From NCBI RefSeq assembly GCF_006345805.1, contig NC_043003.1:107694001-107758000 (forward strand): a stretch of DNA of 64,000 bases, given 5' to 3'. Origin of the DNA: Octopus sinensis. Its lineage: Eukaryota. A model generated the notes under the pieces. The model was not told the DNA's origin, did no database searches, and was given only the letters and a program-made list of their open reading frames with translations. The number at the start of each line of letters is the position of its first letter. Within the stretch, counting starts at the first letter, position 1. The translations under genes were made by a program, and so were the position numbers. Positions 24,170 to 38,200 of this stretch are shown here, piece by piece.

Positions 24170-24470
24170 AGTTCTATATTTAAGAGATGAGGAATTATGT
24201 ACATTATTTACATTATTTACATTCGACGGATATTTCTCATCTTGTTCGATTCCAAGCCGTCACCTGAACAACAACAACAACAACAACAATAATAGTAATA
24301 ATAATAATAACATCGAAGAATACCTTAGGAATGAGAACCCAAGTTCGAAATTTCCCCAAGACAACTGAAGAAGGCTGGATGGTATATCAGCCGAAACGTT
24401 GTGTTAACAACAAACAAGATGAAGGCAAATATCCGTCGAATGTAAATAATGTAAATAATGTAAATAATGA
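24170..24470 (+). mobile_element. Non-autonomous PLE-type repeat (tRNA-like B-box remnant, (AAC/AAT)n, hammerhead tail) with an inverted copy of its own tail in front
   Basis: Same family as 25749-26390. Positions 24170-24245 are the reverse complement of the family 3' tail. Confidence 0.7.
24360..24405 (+). ncRNA. Minimal type-I hammerhead ribozyme motif
   Basis: CTGAAGA, stem II GGCTG/CAGCC, GAA-ACGT-T, and stem I GACAA/GTGTT with one mismatch. Confidence 0.6.
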
Positions 24471-24988
24471 ACAACTACAACAACAGTTGTGACACGTGTT
24501 TTGAATAGAATACAAAACTTGCATAGTTTTGGATGTCAGCTGCTCTATATTTGGGAACACTTCAGTAAAAACCAGTGTAAAGAAAACATATATGGACAAC
24601 TTCTTTGAAATCCGCAGCTTATCTGATGACATTATAAATATACATTTCTGTCCATGAAAATTTACACTCTAGATTAGGTTATTAACAGTTATTACTTGTA
24701 ATAATCTCAAAACCTAAGATTTTCAGACAAATAAAGTGACTAGCTAATAGCATCGTGTATTCTCTAAAACATATTTAAGTGGAACAAAGAATACATACAA
24801 TTTTTTTTCCAGAAATTTAACAAAAAACTTTATTGGAATTGTTATCTAAAACCCAATGGCGGAGCTTTGTTTCTTAGAATAACTCTAACCCTTTAGAGTA
24901 ATAATTCAAGGAATTAAAAAAGAAAGAACCATTCATACAGATATAGGGACGGACACAGATATAAGCATAAATACACAGATATACAGGT

Positions 24989-25112
24989 ACATGTACACCG
25001 TTACAAATGTACACAGTTACACATGCACACAGTTAGGCATGTACACAGTTACACATTTACACAGTTACATGTACCTGGTCAAATGGACATAGTTACACAT
25101 GTGCACAGTTAC
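24989..25112. repeat. Degenerate ~16-bp minisatellite (ACATGTACACAGTTAC-like)
   Basis: About 7-8 imperfect units are visible. Confidence 0.65.
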
Positions 25113-25748
25113 TAATACACAATAATTTGTTCATCAAAAGGGCAAGCGAATATCTTATGACAGCATAGTTTTATTATATTATGTTAGTAAAGTAGAGGAT
25201 TCATTGAAATACTAACAAAATATAAGGTGGCTCACATGGCTAAAAACTACTGATCGAATGCATGTTAGGAAATATATCGAGCTTGTTAAAAGCTATTCAT
25301 CAAAAGAACATTGTGAAATAGCCAATGTAGTGATAGACGAACAAGTATGGAGAATAAAAAGTCTTGAAGATACAGTGAACAATATTGAATAACAAGATCG
25401 AAATAAGACAAGGTTGTAGTAACAGCCTGACTTGATTACAAATGAATATTTGATTATGTTTGTTGAAACACAGAAGCTTGAGGCACTATACCATTCCTCA
25501 CAAAGGAAAGATAAACCATAAAAGAACTGGGAAGTGTATTACGTTTTACTTCATTATCCTAAAACTAAATATATAAAGTAAGATATCGTATAATATTTAA
25601 CAGAATAAAGCTGAATATGAGATGACTTTCCCCTAGGGATATAACAGAATATTAACAGAATACAACAGAATATAAGGTAATCTTTCTTGTGTAATAATTA
25701 TCCATAATTTATAACTAAAGTATCCAAAGAATGAATATATGTTCGTAA

Positions 25749-25931
25749 TACAGTTCTATATTTAAGTGATGTGGAATTATGTGCATTATTTACATTATTT
25801 ACATTCAACGGATATTTGCCCTCATCTTGTTTGTTGTTAACACAACGTTTCGGCTGATATATCATTCAGCCTTCTTTAGGTGTCTTGGGGAAATTTCGAA
25901 CCTGGGTTCTCATTCCTAAGGTATTTTTCGA

Positions 25932-25990
<59 letters not shown>

Positions 25991-26025
25991 TATTATTATC
26001 ATTATCATCATCATCATCATCATCA

Positions 26026-26066
<41 letters not shown>

Positions 26067-26177
26067 TTATTATTATTATTATTCAGGTCACTGATTGGAA
26101 TCGAACTCAGAATCTTGGGGTTAAGAGTGTGGGCTCTTAACCCCAAGATTCCGAGTTCGATTCCAAGCAGTGACCTG

Positions 26178-26213
<36 letters not shown>

Positions 26214-26390
26214 AACAACAATAATAATAATAACATTGAAAAATGCCTTAGGAATGAGAACCCAGGTTCGAGATTTCTCCAAGACACCTGAAGAAGGTTG
26301 GAGGGTATATCAGCCGAAACGTTGTGCTAACAACAAACAAGATGAGGACAAATATCCGTTGAATGTAAATAATGTAAATAACGCATATGT
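25749..26390. mobile_element. Head-to-head inverted pair of the tRNA-headed hammerhead repeat (centre 26128-26133)
   Basis: …CTTGGGGTTAAGAG-TGTGGG-CTCTTAACCCCAAG…; the arms mirror each other out to the (TGTAAATAA)n tails. Confidence 0.8.
26283..26328 (+). ncRNA. Minimal type-I hammerhead ribozyme motif
   Basis: GACAC-CTGAAGA-A-GGTTG…CAGCC-GAA-ACGT-T-GTGCT, with the core intact. The minus-strand mirror copy (~25838-25885) has a mutated core, CTAAAGA. Confidence 0.65.
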
Positions 26391-26984
26391 TCGTGAGTAT
26401 ATAAACTTGGATCTAATCTAATGTATAGTTACTTTTTAATCATATAAAATTCGCTCATTATTCTTTGCTTGAAAATGTCAGTATAAAGGAACAGTATTTC
26501 TTTATTGCATACACGGGTAAATTAAGTAAGTAAAAAGGCGAAATAATGAATCGGGTATCTTATATGTTGTCTCCAGTGATAAATATTACATGTACATTGG
26601 GATTGATCTCCTACAGCTTATGTCATCATGACATACATGATAAAACACAGGAATATCATTAAAAAATACAGCAACCGGAATAGCATGGACACAGTTAAAC
26701 GATTGCCCGCAAATATTCTAGCTACAATATTTCTATGCTCCATTTGAAGAATAGTCTCCAGTTATGAATATAAAAATATGCAAAAGATTTATTTGCCGTC
26801 GAACATGATATTAAATGACTCCATATCAGAGCAAAACAAGGAGGTTGGGAAATAAGTTCAATAAACGTTTTTAAGTATTGTTTGGATAAAGCGAGATAAA
26901 AACTTAATAAAATTCAGGCATCGAAATGAAGACACGAATCAGCGTATCTACCTGTCTGTCCGTCCATCCGTCCGTCTGTCAGTC

Positions 26985-27258
<274 letters not shown>

Positions 27259-27670
27259 TCTTTTGATAGTATTCGTTGACAGATCGGCTCGTAATTTAAC
27301 TGCTTATTTTATTGTGTTTTTGAAAAAGTTTCGTTTTAAATTTTGCACACGGAGTGTGTAAGACACCCAGCTTTCGTCTGTGTGTGTTTTCCGGAGGGGA
27401 TTTTGCCCCTAGGGGCATTTTCAGCCTCGAATATATATCAAAAATTTTGCTGCAATAACTTGTTTTTTCACACAATGTCGGCGAAGCGTTTCTAATAACA
27501 TACAAACGCTATTCTCTCTCTCTCTCTCGTTTGCATCCATTGTTTACGTTCTACATTGTCGGAGTTTTTCAACTTTTCAAACGCCCAACTTTCGCTTGAG
27601 TCTTTTTTAAATATAGAATTCGCCCATAGGGCATTTTCATCAATTGATTTTATTTTTCTCGAAAAAAAAA

Positions 27671-29745
27671 ATGTCGAGGAATTTTATCGTAGAACAGTAT
27701 TCTACGATTTTTTCTAAGGAAAATTTTCCTGTTTTGGAAAAGACAGTCAACAAATACGCTGATATAAAGAAAGATAAAACTGAAATCAACACCACAACCA
27801 CCAACACCAATGATAGAACTTATACTGACACAACAACCATTAACAACAACAACAACAATAACCACAAAAATGAAGTAAATATAAATGTTCAGAATGTTTC
27901 ACCTATTATCTCACCTACAACGATATCTGCTGCCACGGCTGTCTCTTCTGCCACTGACACCACCGCCAACACCAACAACAAAAACAACAATAACAACAAC
28001 AATTCTTTTCACACCTTATTTCCTCCATCACCATGAACTGAAGGAGATAAACAAAAGACCGTGACCACCAAACGAATTGCCGAAAGCTGCTCAAACGCAG
28101 GGACAAATTATGCAAGTAATTTTCCACCCCTTCCTACTTGCACAATCAAACATCAGACACCAAATACACCGAATTTACCAACTGCAGCCAACAACAACAT
28201 CACCACCAGCAACAACAATAACAAAACAACAACAAATTTCGCCGAGGCGATAACAGAAAAAAAGACAACAGTATCTTTTACTGCACAACAGATAAAAGAT
28301 ACCAAAGTTTTAATAACTAAGGAAGATGGCAAGGTAAAAATAAACATACCACAACAAATACTAGAAAATGAAAAAAAAACCCATTATATATAAAATAATC
28401 AACAAGAAGACAAAAAGTCCAGAGAAGGCTAACACAAGCAAAATCGAAAAATGCTTGCAACCCATCTGGAACTTCAAAGAATATGTGACCAAAGAATATG
28501 TGGAACAAGTTTTCCACACTGAAGAGTTAGCAAAACGATTCTCAACGCTAACTCTTCATTCAGATGAACTTACAATGAAACCTAGCTACCGTGGACAGAG
28601 AGTGACTAAGGTCATCTTAAACAATGTTCCACAAATAGCGGACACTCTATGGCTAGCATCGGAAATGTGTGGAAATGGACGATTTCAAAATTTTACAAAC
28701 CACGGTCACTGAACACAAAAACTGGGTGGGAAAAAGAGTAGAATTTCTACTACACATCAACCAAGATGCCATCAAGAAAATACCCACCCAGATATATATA
28801 TCAGAAGATCACAAGTTGTATGTGGTCGTTGAGGGCAGAAGACCACGTTGCTACATATGCGGCAGTGAGCAACCTCTAAAAAAGATTGCAAATCTGCCGC
28901 AAGAAAACAGCAGCAACAACAACAGCAGCCGGAAAAAAACAAAAAAGCCAGCTTTATTACCCACACCACAGTTTGCACGAACAATAAAAGGACCAGTCAC
29001 AGAAAATCAACAAGAAACAAACCTACCCAACCAAAGAGAAACCAACTCCCAAACCAAGAACATCTACCAAAAAGACAAGCATCGAAAATGAAGAAACAAT
29101 TACTACTTCAAATTCCCACATAACACACACCCCAAACACCACAACAATACCTACGATCACACAAACACAAAATACCCACACCCCACCTCCAAAAACCCAT
29201 ACACCACACCCTAACGCTCACCAACCAACACCAACACCAAAATCAACACAGTCTAAAATAGACCCCAATACTTTTCCCCTCCCACTCTCTGATTCCTCTG
29301 ACTTGTCATTAGATGAAGAAGACACAGAGGATTGGCAAATAGCCACAGGGGGAGGAGAAAAAGGGAAAAAAAACAAAGCAGGAAGATTCACCACTCCCGA
29401 AACAAAAACATCCACAGAAAACGAACACATCAACACAAACACACCATCACCAAACCCCCAACAATGTTGACAGCCATAAACACAAACAACCACGACTTAA
29501 TGGAATACATTAGGTCAAACAACAACATAACTGAAAACGACACAAAAACAAATAACCACCCACGCACAACACTACCACCACACATTAAAATAATACACGT
29601 AACACAAAACACACACAGCACCCTGAAATCTCTCTACCCTGATGCAGTAGGGAGATTTCAAAAATATTTATCAAAGAAACTTTATAAAGACCTCATAGGA
29701 GAAGACTGTGAGGTGAAAAACAAAGGACTTTCGGACAATAAGTAA
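27671..29745 (+). pseudogene. ORF1 of copy D, disrupted
   Basis: MSRNFIVEQY start (as in B), LAKRFSTL core, degenerate knuckle CYICGSEQPL, C-terminal MLTAIN…LMEYI domain. Confidence 0.82.
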
Positions 29746-29815
29746 CCTTTTCTCTCTCTCTTTCTTTGTTTTCTCATCTTCTTTTCGTGAGTAAAACACA
29801 ATTTTTTATAGGAAC

Positions 29816-32800
29816 ATGCTCAAAATAGGCAGTATAAATGTACGTGGCTTGGGGTCGCCTTGAAAACAAGGCTACCTGTTAAACGACATCAAGTCACTAA
29901 ATCTGCATATCATAGCCATCAGTGAGACCAGACTCCACAGCCCGCGGGCACTCCAGCACATGTTCGGCACACATTTCAACATTTATTTTTCTCCGTGTCT
30001 ACCGAGAATGGGCGGAGGTGGCACCGCGGTGCTTCTCCGGAAGAGTCTGGACCTCAAAGTAAGAGCAATTTTCCTAGACCCAGAGGGTAGGCTGGTCGTT
30101 TTGGATGACGATGGTAGCAATGAGTGTGCTTTTCGATTGATAACAGTTTATGCACCGTCCTTAACAGGCCGACCAGATTTCTTTCGACGTCTAGAGTCTT
30201 TCATGGGAACGTTTCGTCTTTTACTTTTAGTGGCATTGGAATGCCACCCTGGACACGCATCTAGACTACGTGGGCAGAGATAGCAATAGAAGGGGATGCA
30301 AATGCCTCAAAGACCTGCTCAGACGTTTCCAACTAACTGTCTGACAGGTACCGACTGGACCACCCGAATGTGCCAATGTGGACATGGAGTAACCACATCG
30401 GGTCGTCCAGATCGTACTTAGATAGAGTATTCTGTAGGACAATAGATAAAAATAGTGTAGGTTGTCCACAATTTCGTATTGTCAGTTACACAGATCACAA
30501 GTTTGTGACTTGTACACTTGACTTAGATAAGACACATAGGCAGGGTCCTCGTTACTGGAAACTGAACGCGTCTTTTACAGCACGACAGGTTTACAGGGAC
30601 CGGATCAGCACATTAGTTAAGAGAGCTTTGACGGGTACCATCATCAACAACAGATGGTGGTATGCCATAAAAAAGCAATTAAAGCAGAATCAGTCAGGTA
30701 CAGTAAAGCCCTAGCATTAGACCGAAATAGAATAGAGAGAGACTTAGTCAAGGTTTTAGAAGAGGCACTTAGAACTGGCATCGCGTCCAATGTACTGGCA
30801 GCGAGGTTGGCCCTCGACCAACACTTCAACGCCAAACACGAAGGATGCGTTGTCAGAGCGAGGATGCATGCTCTGAGGAACGAAGGAGTTGGAGCCGCCC
30901 AAGAAGCCCGAGTGGTGGAGACGCAACGAGGCAACAGAGCCACCATCAAGTCTCTTACAGAAGAACAAGGGCGCGATTTGCTCGAGCCTAAAAGGATGTG
31001 TGAGGCTTTTCAACAACACTTCACCCAACCGTTTGGGACAAGTGGTGGGTCAGAACGCAGAGTGGACTTTAGTGCCTACCTGCATGCCTTGCCACGACTC
31101 TCAGCAAGAGAGGTGGAGTCTTGTGAAAGGCCTATCACAGCTGCGGACGTACAGGATGCGATGGCAGGCTGCGCGAGAGACAAGTCACCAGGCTTGGATG
31201 ATCTGCCCTACGAACTTTATTGTCATATGCCAGACTTGTTTGGAGGCGTCTTGGCAGCTGTCTACTGCAACTGGCAGCAAAACGGGAGTATCTCTGCTTT
31301 TGTAAAGCGAGGAGCAGTGGCACTGATTAAGAAAGACCCAAACAAGGGGGTCGTTATAGATAATTTCAGGTCCATCACTCTGCTCAACGCAGATTTGAAA
31401 ATTTTGGCCAAGGTGTTAGCCGAGAGGTTGGCGCTTGTCATCAAGAAACTAGTTGACAATGCGCAAACATGCGCCGTGCCGGGTAGAAGTATTCATGACA
31501 ACCTCCATCTGATGCACTACATCATAGACAGGGTAGTCAAGAATCCTGGCATGGGTGGGGCGCTGATCAGTTTGGATCAATCAAAAGCTTTCGATAGGGT
31601 AGACCATCACTACTTGGAGGCTGTCCTTAAAGCGACTGGTTTCGGTCCAGTTTTCCGCGGTTGGATCGCTGCCTTATACAGCGGCATCCGCTCAGTAGTT
31701 CGCGTAAATGGTCATCTATCCAGACCTTTTAACATCATGCGTTCGGTTCGTAAGGGATGTCCCCTCTCATCGCTTCTGTATGTATTGACTCTTGAGCCAC
31801 TACTGCGGAAACTAGCGACGCTGAGGGGCATCCCACGAGAGCTGGGATGCGGGAGGAGCGTGTCTGTATACGCGGATGACGTCACCGTCATAGTGTCGAG
31901 CTACCAGCACATCGAGCTGGTCGGCGAGACACTAAAAGAATACGAAGCGGTAACGGGAGCAAAAATTAACCGGGAAAAGTCAGTGGACCTGCGGCTCGGC
32001 ACCTGGAGAAGCAGTCCCATGCCGTCCAATAGCATCTCCATCGTGGGACGCTGGACGGACGGACCGGTTAAATTGCTCGGGGTCTGGTTCGGTCCGGACC
32101 TCCAAATGGAGAAGAACTGGGGTGAAATAACGACTAGGGTGGCTACTCTCACCCAAAAATGGGCTGAGAGAAAGCTATCCCTAAAAGGTCGGGCGGAGGT
32201 GGCGAACGCGTACATCGCATCCGTCATCGAGTATCGTCTGACCGTCGTGCCTTGTCCCGACCCTACCATCATCAAACTGGAACGTATACTCTTCCGCTTT
32301 CTGTGGAAGGGAAATGTTCCGATGGTTAGGCGATCCATTTGCTGTCAACACCCGCTAAATGGAGGGCTGGGCATGCCGTGGTTGATGATGCGCAGACATG
32401 CGCTGAGACTGCGACATCTCCGGTGCTTCATAGACGACGGTGAACAGGTGTGGTCGCCTTTGTGCGTCGCGCTTTCCCGCAGCTCGTCTCCTTGGCCGAA
32501 CTACAGTCATGGATCAAGCAGAGACCGAGGCTAGGCGAATGGCACCGCGAGTGTCGCGTTGCTCTCAAGCAACTCTGCCGTCCGAGATCGAACTTGTGCG
32601 GCTCCATCAGAACAAAGGCATTCTATAGAGGATTAGTGGAAGGGAGGTGCAACGACGATCTCGGGCAGAGTCTGGGCGTCGACGAGGAACACCTGACCCG
32701 CCTGTTCAGGACAACTTTCGGGCCGGGACCTATGAACAATCACCAAAAACCCCTGGCCTGGCAGTGCTATCGAGAAGCATTACCTGTTCGGGATAAGCTC

Positions 32801-32840
32801 TACAGACACGGTTCTAGACACACTGGACCGACTTGCCCGA
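29816..32840 (+). pseudogene. ORF2 of copy D, disrupted and truncated
   Basis: APE motifs, RT (YADD) in ORF 30654-32534, ending at TGPTCP. Confidence 0.9.
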
Positions 32841-32844
32841 TCTG

Positions 32845-32919
<75 letters not shown>

Positions 32920-32956
32920 GTCTATCTGTCTATCTATCTATCTATCTATCTATCTA

Positions 32957-33023
<67 letters not shown>

Positions 33024-33025
33024 AT
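32841..33025. repeat. (TATC)n between copies D and E
   Basis: Directly visible. Confidence 0.95.
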
Positions 33026-33246
33026 CTGGACAGACAGACGCAAGTCAAATGGGCTCCACGTAAGTTGGTATTTTTGTACGTTCAAAAGTGTATATTGACA
33101 AATATGTTGTGTTTAAAAGTTGTGCAACAACATCCACTGCAAACCTTTGATAAATATCTACACAAAATTTTGCCCCTTGTGGGCAAAATTTAAAAGAAAC
33201 AATTCTCATAGCCTTCGTGGTTCCATTTAGCCATTTTAATTTCAAA

Positions 33247-35243
33247 ATGGCCACTGGTCACCACGAGGCTGAGGTGCAAGTCAAACGTGACGCAGAGACA
33301 AAAAACAGGATGCCCTGCTAGCATACGCTGAACCTGACAACAACACACCACCACCACCATCAGCATCGACAACAGCAACAACTATAAAACAAAGGTCGTA
33401 AGGCCAAGCACCGTCACCACCATCAACACCGACACCACCACCATAGCAGCTTCTGCTACGACAACTGCTTCCTCTACCAACAACACACAAAACCAAGGTC
33501 ACCGACACCCTTCTTGACGACGTTGAGTTCCCCACACTGCCTCTACCACAATCTCATAAAGCAGGGGAAATGGGGGAAAACAACACGAATGCAAATGTGA
33601 GCATGAACGCTAACATCGCGACCTCCACTCACAAACTCGTAAACAACCCGACTTCACAGTTTACTACTACGACGAACGACTCTGCCACACCACCACACCA
33701 CCACCACCACCACCACCACCACCACCTCCACAAAAAACAATTTCGCGGAAGCCATACGACCGAAAAGAAGGATCTTAAAATTTACTCACCAACAAATACA
33801 AGACACAAAGTCCTTGCTCACAAGAGAAGGCGACACAATACATTTAAATATTCCACGGAACATCATAGAAGAAACACAAAAGAGGACCATCATTTACAGA
33901 ATACTCAACACCAAAACAAAAAAACCGGAAAGCCTACCTAAAGAAAAAATTGAAAAGTGCCTCTCTTCCGTGTGGAAATTCCGAAATTATGTGAATTGGG
34001 GAAGTAAATTTGCTACCGTGCAAGTTCACTTCCATACGGAAGAACTAGCAAAAAGGTTTTCAACCCTTACTCTGCGCACAGACCAGGTAACAATGGTACC
34101 AAGCTACCTTGGGCGCAGAATTACGAAAGTCACAATAAATAATGTGCCGCCAATGGTGAATACCCAGTGGCTGGTATCGGCCATCTGCTCCGATATAGAA
34201 GAAGCAGATATTTTAGAAACAGCTGACATTCCAGAGGAAAGCTGGACGGGGGTAAAAAACTCGAAATATTTCTTCAAATCTCCCAAGAAGTAATAAACAA
34301 TTTACCAGCCTTTGTTCAACTGGCAAACGACCAAAAATTGTATGTAGTGGTGGAGGGCAGGAGACCAAGATGCTATTTATGCAACAGTGAGGCACACCTT
34401 AGATACGAGTGCCCAACTGCTGTCAGAAATAGGCAACAGCAACCACTCCCCAAACCTGGAAGGAAACCCCTGCTACCCACACCTCCTTCAACCCAAAAGA
34501 CAGGAAAAACAGCGGACGATACAAAAACTGTTTCCCCCTCACCAACCACATCACCAAGAAGAGAATTACCTCCGACATCGCAACCAACAAAAGAAGCAAC
34601 ATCACCATCAACATCAAAAGACAAACCAACACCAGCACCAAGAACAACAACCAAAAAAACAAATATCAATGACGAAAAGACAAATTCTGCCCTAACACCC
34701 CAACAACACAAACACCACACAAAACAACAACACCTTCTACAAACACACATATAGATCCAAACGCTTTGCCTTTACCCTCTTCTGATTCGGACACGTCGTC
34801 CAACGACGAAAGTTCGACGGAATGGCAAATAGCCACAGGGGGTAAAAGGAAAAGACCCAAAAAAAAACAAAGAAAACGCAACCAAAGCAGGGAGATACCT
34901 GAACCTGAAAGCTCCATACACAACAAACAAACAAGCCAACACCACAAAAACACACACAATGCTATCAGCGATAGACACAAAAGACTCCAAACTAATGGAG
35001 TACATCACAGGCTACACAAACATCTGTGAAGATGACTTCAAAACTAACAACCATCCACGCACTACACCACCCAAACACATCAAAATACTACACATCACAC
35101 AAACACAACACCACAAACTCAAAGCCCTCTTCCCAAATGCTGTAGGGGGTTTCCAAAAATATCTGTCCCAAAAACTTTATAGAAACCTCCTCGAAGACAC
35201 ATCAAAGAACGAGGAAGCCAAAACTTTCGACACAAGTAAGTAA
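33247..35243 (+). pseudogene. ORF1 of copy E, frameshifted
   Basis: MATGHH start; LAKRFSTL core; CYLCNSEAHLRYEC knuckle; SDDESSTEWQIATGGKRKR-type motif; MLSAID…LMEYI domain. Confidence 0.85.
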
Positions 35244-35293
35244 CTCTCTGTATTTTCCTTTTTGTGTTTCAAAGCACACACCCCAATAGAATC

Positions 35294-38200
35294 ATGGTCA
35301 AGATTGGTTGTGTGAATGCGCGTGGTTTGGGGTCTCCTTGGAAACAAGGATACCTCCTAAATGACATCAAGTCACACGATTTGGGAATCATAGCCATAAG
35401 TGAGACCAGACTCCACGAGCCACGGGCCCTAAAGTCCATGTTTGGCGGACAGTTTAACATTTATTTTGCTCCCTGTCTGCCGAGAATGGGCGGTAGTGGC
35501 ACCACGAAACTTTTTCACAAGAGCCTGGATCTCGAAGTCAAGACGATATTCGTAGACCCGGAGGGTAGACTGGTCGTTCTGGATGTCGACGGCAGCAATG
35601 GGTGCGCTTTTCGACTCGTATCAGTCTACGCACCGCCTTTAACAGGTCGGCCGGGTTTCTTTCGACGTCTAGAAGTATTCCTGGGAACGTCTCGTCCTTT
35701 ACTTTTAGTGGGGGATTGGAATGCTACCTTGGACACGCATCTAGACTATGTGGGGAGAGACAAAAACAGAAGGGGATGCAAATGCCTCAGAGACCTGCTC
35801 AGACGATTCCAACTGTCTGACAGGTACCGACTTGACCACGCAAATGCACCAACGTGGACATGGAGCAACCGCAGTGGGTCGTCGAGATCGTATCTAGATA
35901 GGATACTGTGTAGGACAGTAGACAAGGATAACTTAGGATGTCCACAATTCCATACAGTCAGCTACACGGATCACAAATTCGTGACGTGTACGCTAGACTT
36001 AGATAAGGCACATCGACAGGGTCCTGGGTACTGGAAACTGAACGCATCATTCCCGTCCAGACAAGTTTTCAGAGACCGGATTAGCACACTAGTAAAGAGG
36101 GCTTTGACGGGAGCCATCATCAACAACAAATGGTGGTTTGCCCTCAAGAGAGCAGTAAAAGCAGAAGCGATTAGGTACAGCAAAGCACTAGCCATAGATA
36201 GAAATAGAGTAGAGGGTGAGCTAGTTAAGAAGCTAGAAGAGGCAATTAGAAGCGGCATTGCATCCGACGTTTTGGCGGCGAGGTTGGCCCTCGACCAACA
36301 CTTCAACGCCAAACACGAAGGATGTGCTGTCAGAGCTAGGATGCGTGCTCTAAGGAACGAAGGTGTTGGAGCCGCGAGAGAGGCCCGGGTGGCGGAGGCG
36401 CAGCAGGGCAACAAAGCCACCATTCGGTCTCTGGTAGATGAACAAGGGCGCGAATTGCTCGAGCCCAGCGAGACATTTCAGCGGCACTTTGCCCGACTGT
36501 ACGGGACGAGTGGTGAGCGTGAACGCAGGGTGGATTTCAGTGCCTACCTGCACAGCCTACCACGACTCTCGGCAAGAGAGGCAGAGTGCTGCGAAGGTGC
36601 CATCACGGCGGCGGATGTGCAGGACGCGATGGCAGAATGCTCGAGAGACAAATCGCCGGGTTTGGATGGTCTGCCCTACGAGTTTTACAATTGTATGCCA
36701 GACTTGTTTGGAGACGTCTTGGCAGCGGTATACTGCAACTGGCAGCAAAACGGGAGCATACCCAGTTTTGTGAGTCGAGGAGCCGTAACGCTGCTGAAGA
36801 AAGATCCAAACAAGGGGAACATTATAGATAACTTTAGACCAATCACTCTGCTCAATGCAGACCTAAAAATTTTGACAAAGGGGTTAGCCAAGAGGTTGGC
36901 GCTTGTCATCGAGAAACTGGTCGACAACGCACAAACGTGCGCCGTGCCGTGCCGGAGCATCCATGACAACCTCCATCTGATGCGCTACATCATAGACAGG
37001 GTAGTTAACGAACCTGGCATGGGTGGGGCCCTGATCAACTTGGATCAATCGAAAGCCTTCGATAGGGTAGACCATCGATACTTGGAGGCAGTCCTGAGAG
37101 CGGCTGGTTTCGGTCCTGTCTTCCGCGGCTGGATAGCTGCCTTGTACAGAGGCATCCGTTCGGTAATTCGCGTGAATGGACATCTATCGAGACATTTCGA
37201 CATTGCACGTTCGGTCCGTCAGGGATGCCCCCTATCGGCGCTTCTATACGTATTGACTCTTGAGCCACTACTGCGGAAGCTGGCGACTCTGAGGGGCATC
37301 CCGCGAGAATTGGGATGCGGGACGAGCGTGTCTGCATACGCGGACGACGTCACCGTCATAGTGTCAAGCCACGAGCACATCGAGCGGGTCGGCGAGACAC
37401 TGAAAGACTACGAAGCAGTGACAGGAGCAAAAATCAACCGGGAAAAGTCAGTGGGCTTGCGGCTCGGCACCTGGAGAAGCAAGCCCATGCCGTCCACCAG
37501 TACCTCCGTCGTAGGACGCTGGACAGACGGCCCGGTTGAGTTGCTCGGGGTCTGGTTCGGTCCGGACCTCCAAATGGAGAAGAACTGGAACGAGATAACG
37601 AGTAGGGTGGTCACTCTCGCCCAGCAATGGGCCGAGAGGAAACTGTCCCTAAAAGGTCAGGCGGAGGTGGCGAACGCGTACATCGCGTCCATCATCTACT
37701 ACCGCCTGACCGTCGTACCTTGTCCCGACCCTACCATCACCAAACTAGAACGCATCCTCTTCCGCTTCTTGTGGAAAGGATGCGTCCCGATGGTCAGGCG
37801 ATCCATTTGCTGTCAACACCCGTTAAAAGGAGGGCTGGGCATGCCGTGGTTGATGATGCGCAGACACGCGCTGAGACTGCGACATCTCCGGCTCTATGTA
37901 GACGACGGTGAACAGGTGTGGTTGCCGTTTGTGAGGCACGCATTCCCGCAACTTGTCTCCATGACCGAACTGCAGTCGTGGATCAAAAAGAGGCCGAGGA
38001 AGGGCGAATGGCACCGCGAGTGTCGCGTTGCTCTCAAGCAACTCTGCTGTCCCGGGTCGACCTTGAGTGACTTCAACACAACCAAAGCATTCTATAGGGG
38101 ATTAGTGGAGGGGAGGTACGACGACGATCTCGGGGCAAACCTGGGCGTCGACGAGGAATACCTGACCCGCCTGTTTCAAACGACTTTCGGCCCGGGACCT

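Larger units (their letters stand above)
27259..32840 (+). mobile_element. Tx1/L1-clade LINE copy D, 5'-complete and 3'-truncated inside the zinc finger
   Basis: 5'UTR, ORF1 and ORF2 are present up to …ACTTGCCCGA, then (TATC)n follows directly. The 5' boundary is approximate. Confidence 0.9.

Noticed and set aside
34959-35243. A definite separate third ORF between ORF1 and ORF2
   Set aside because: The frame breaks upstream of this domain lie at different, often homopolymer, positions in each copy and B lacks the Met, so one continuous ORF1 is more parsimonious. It is kept only as an alternative.
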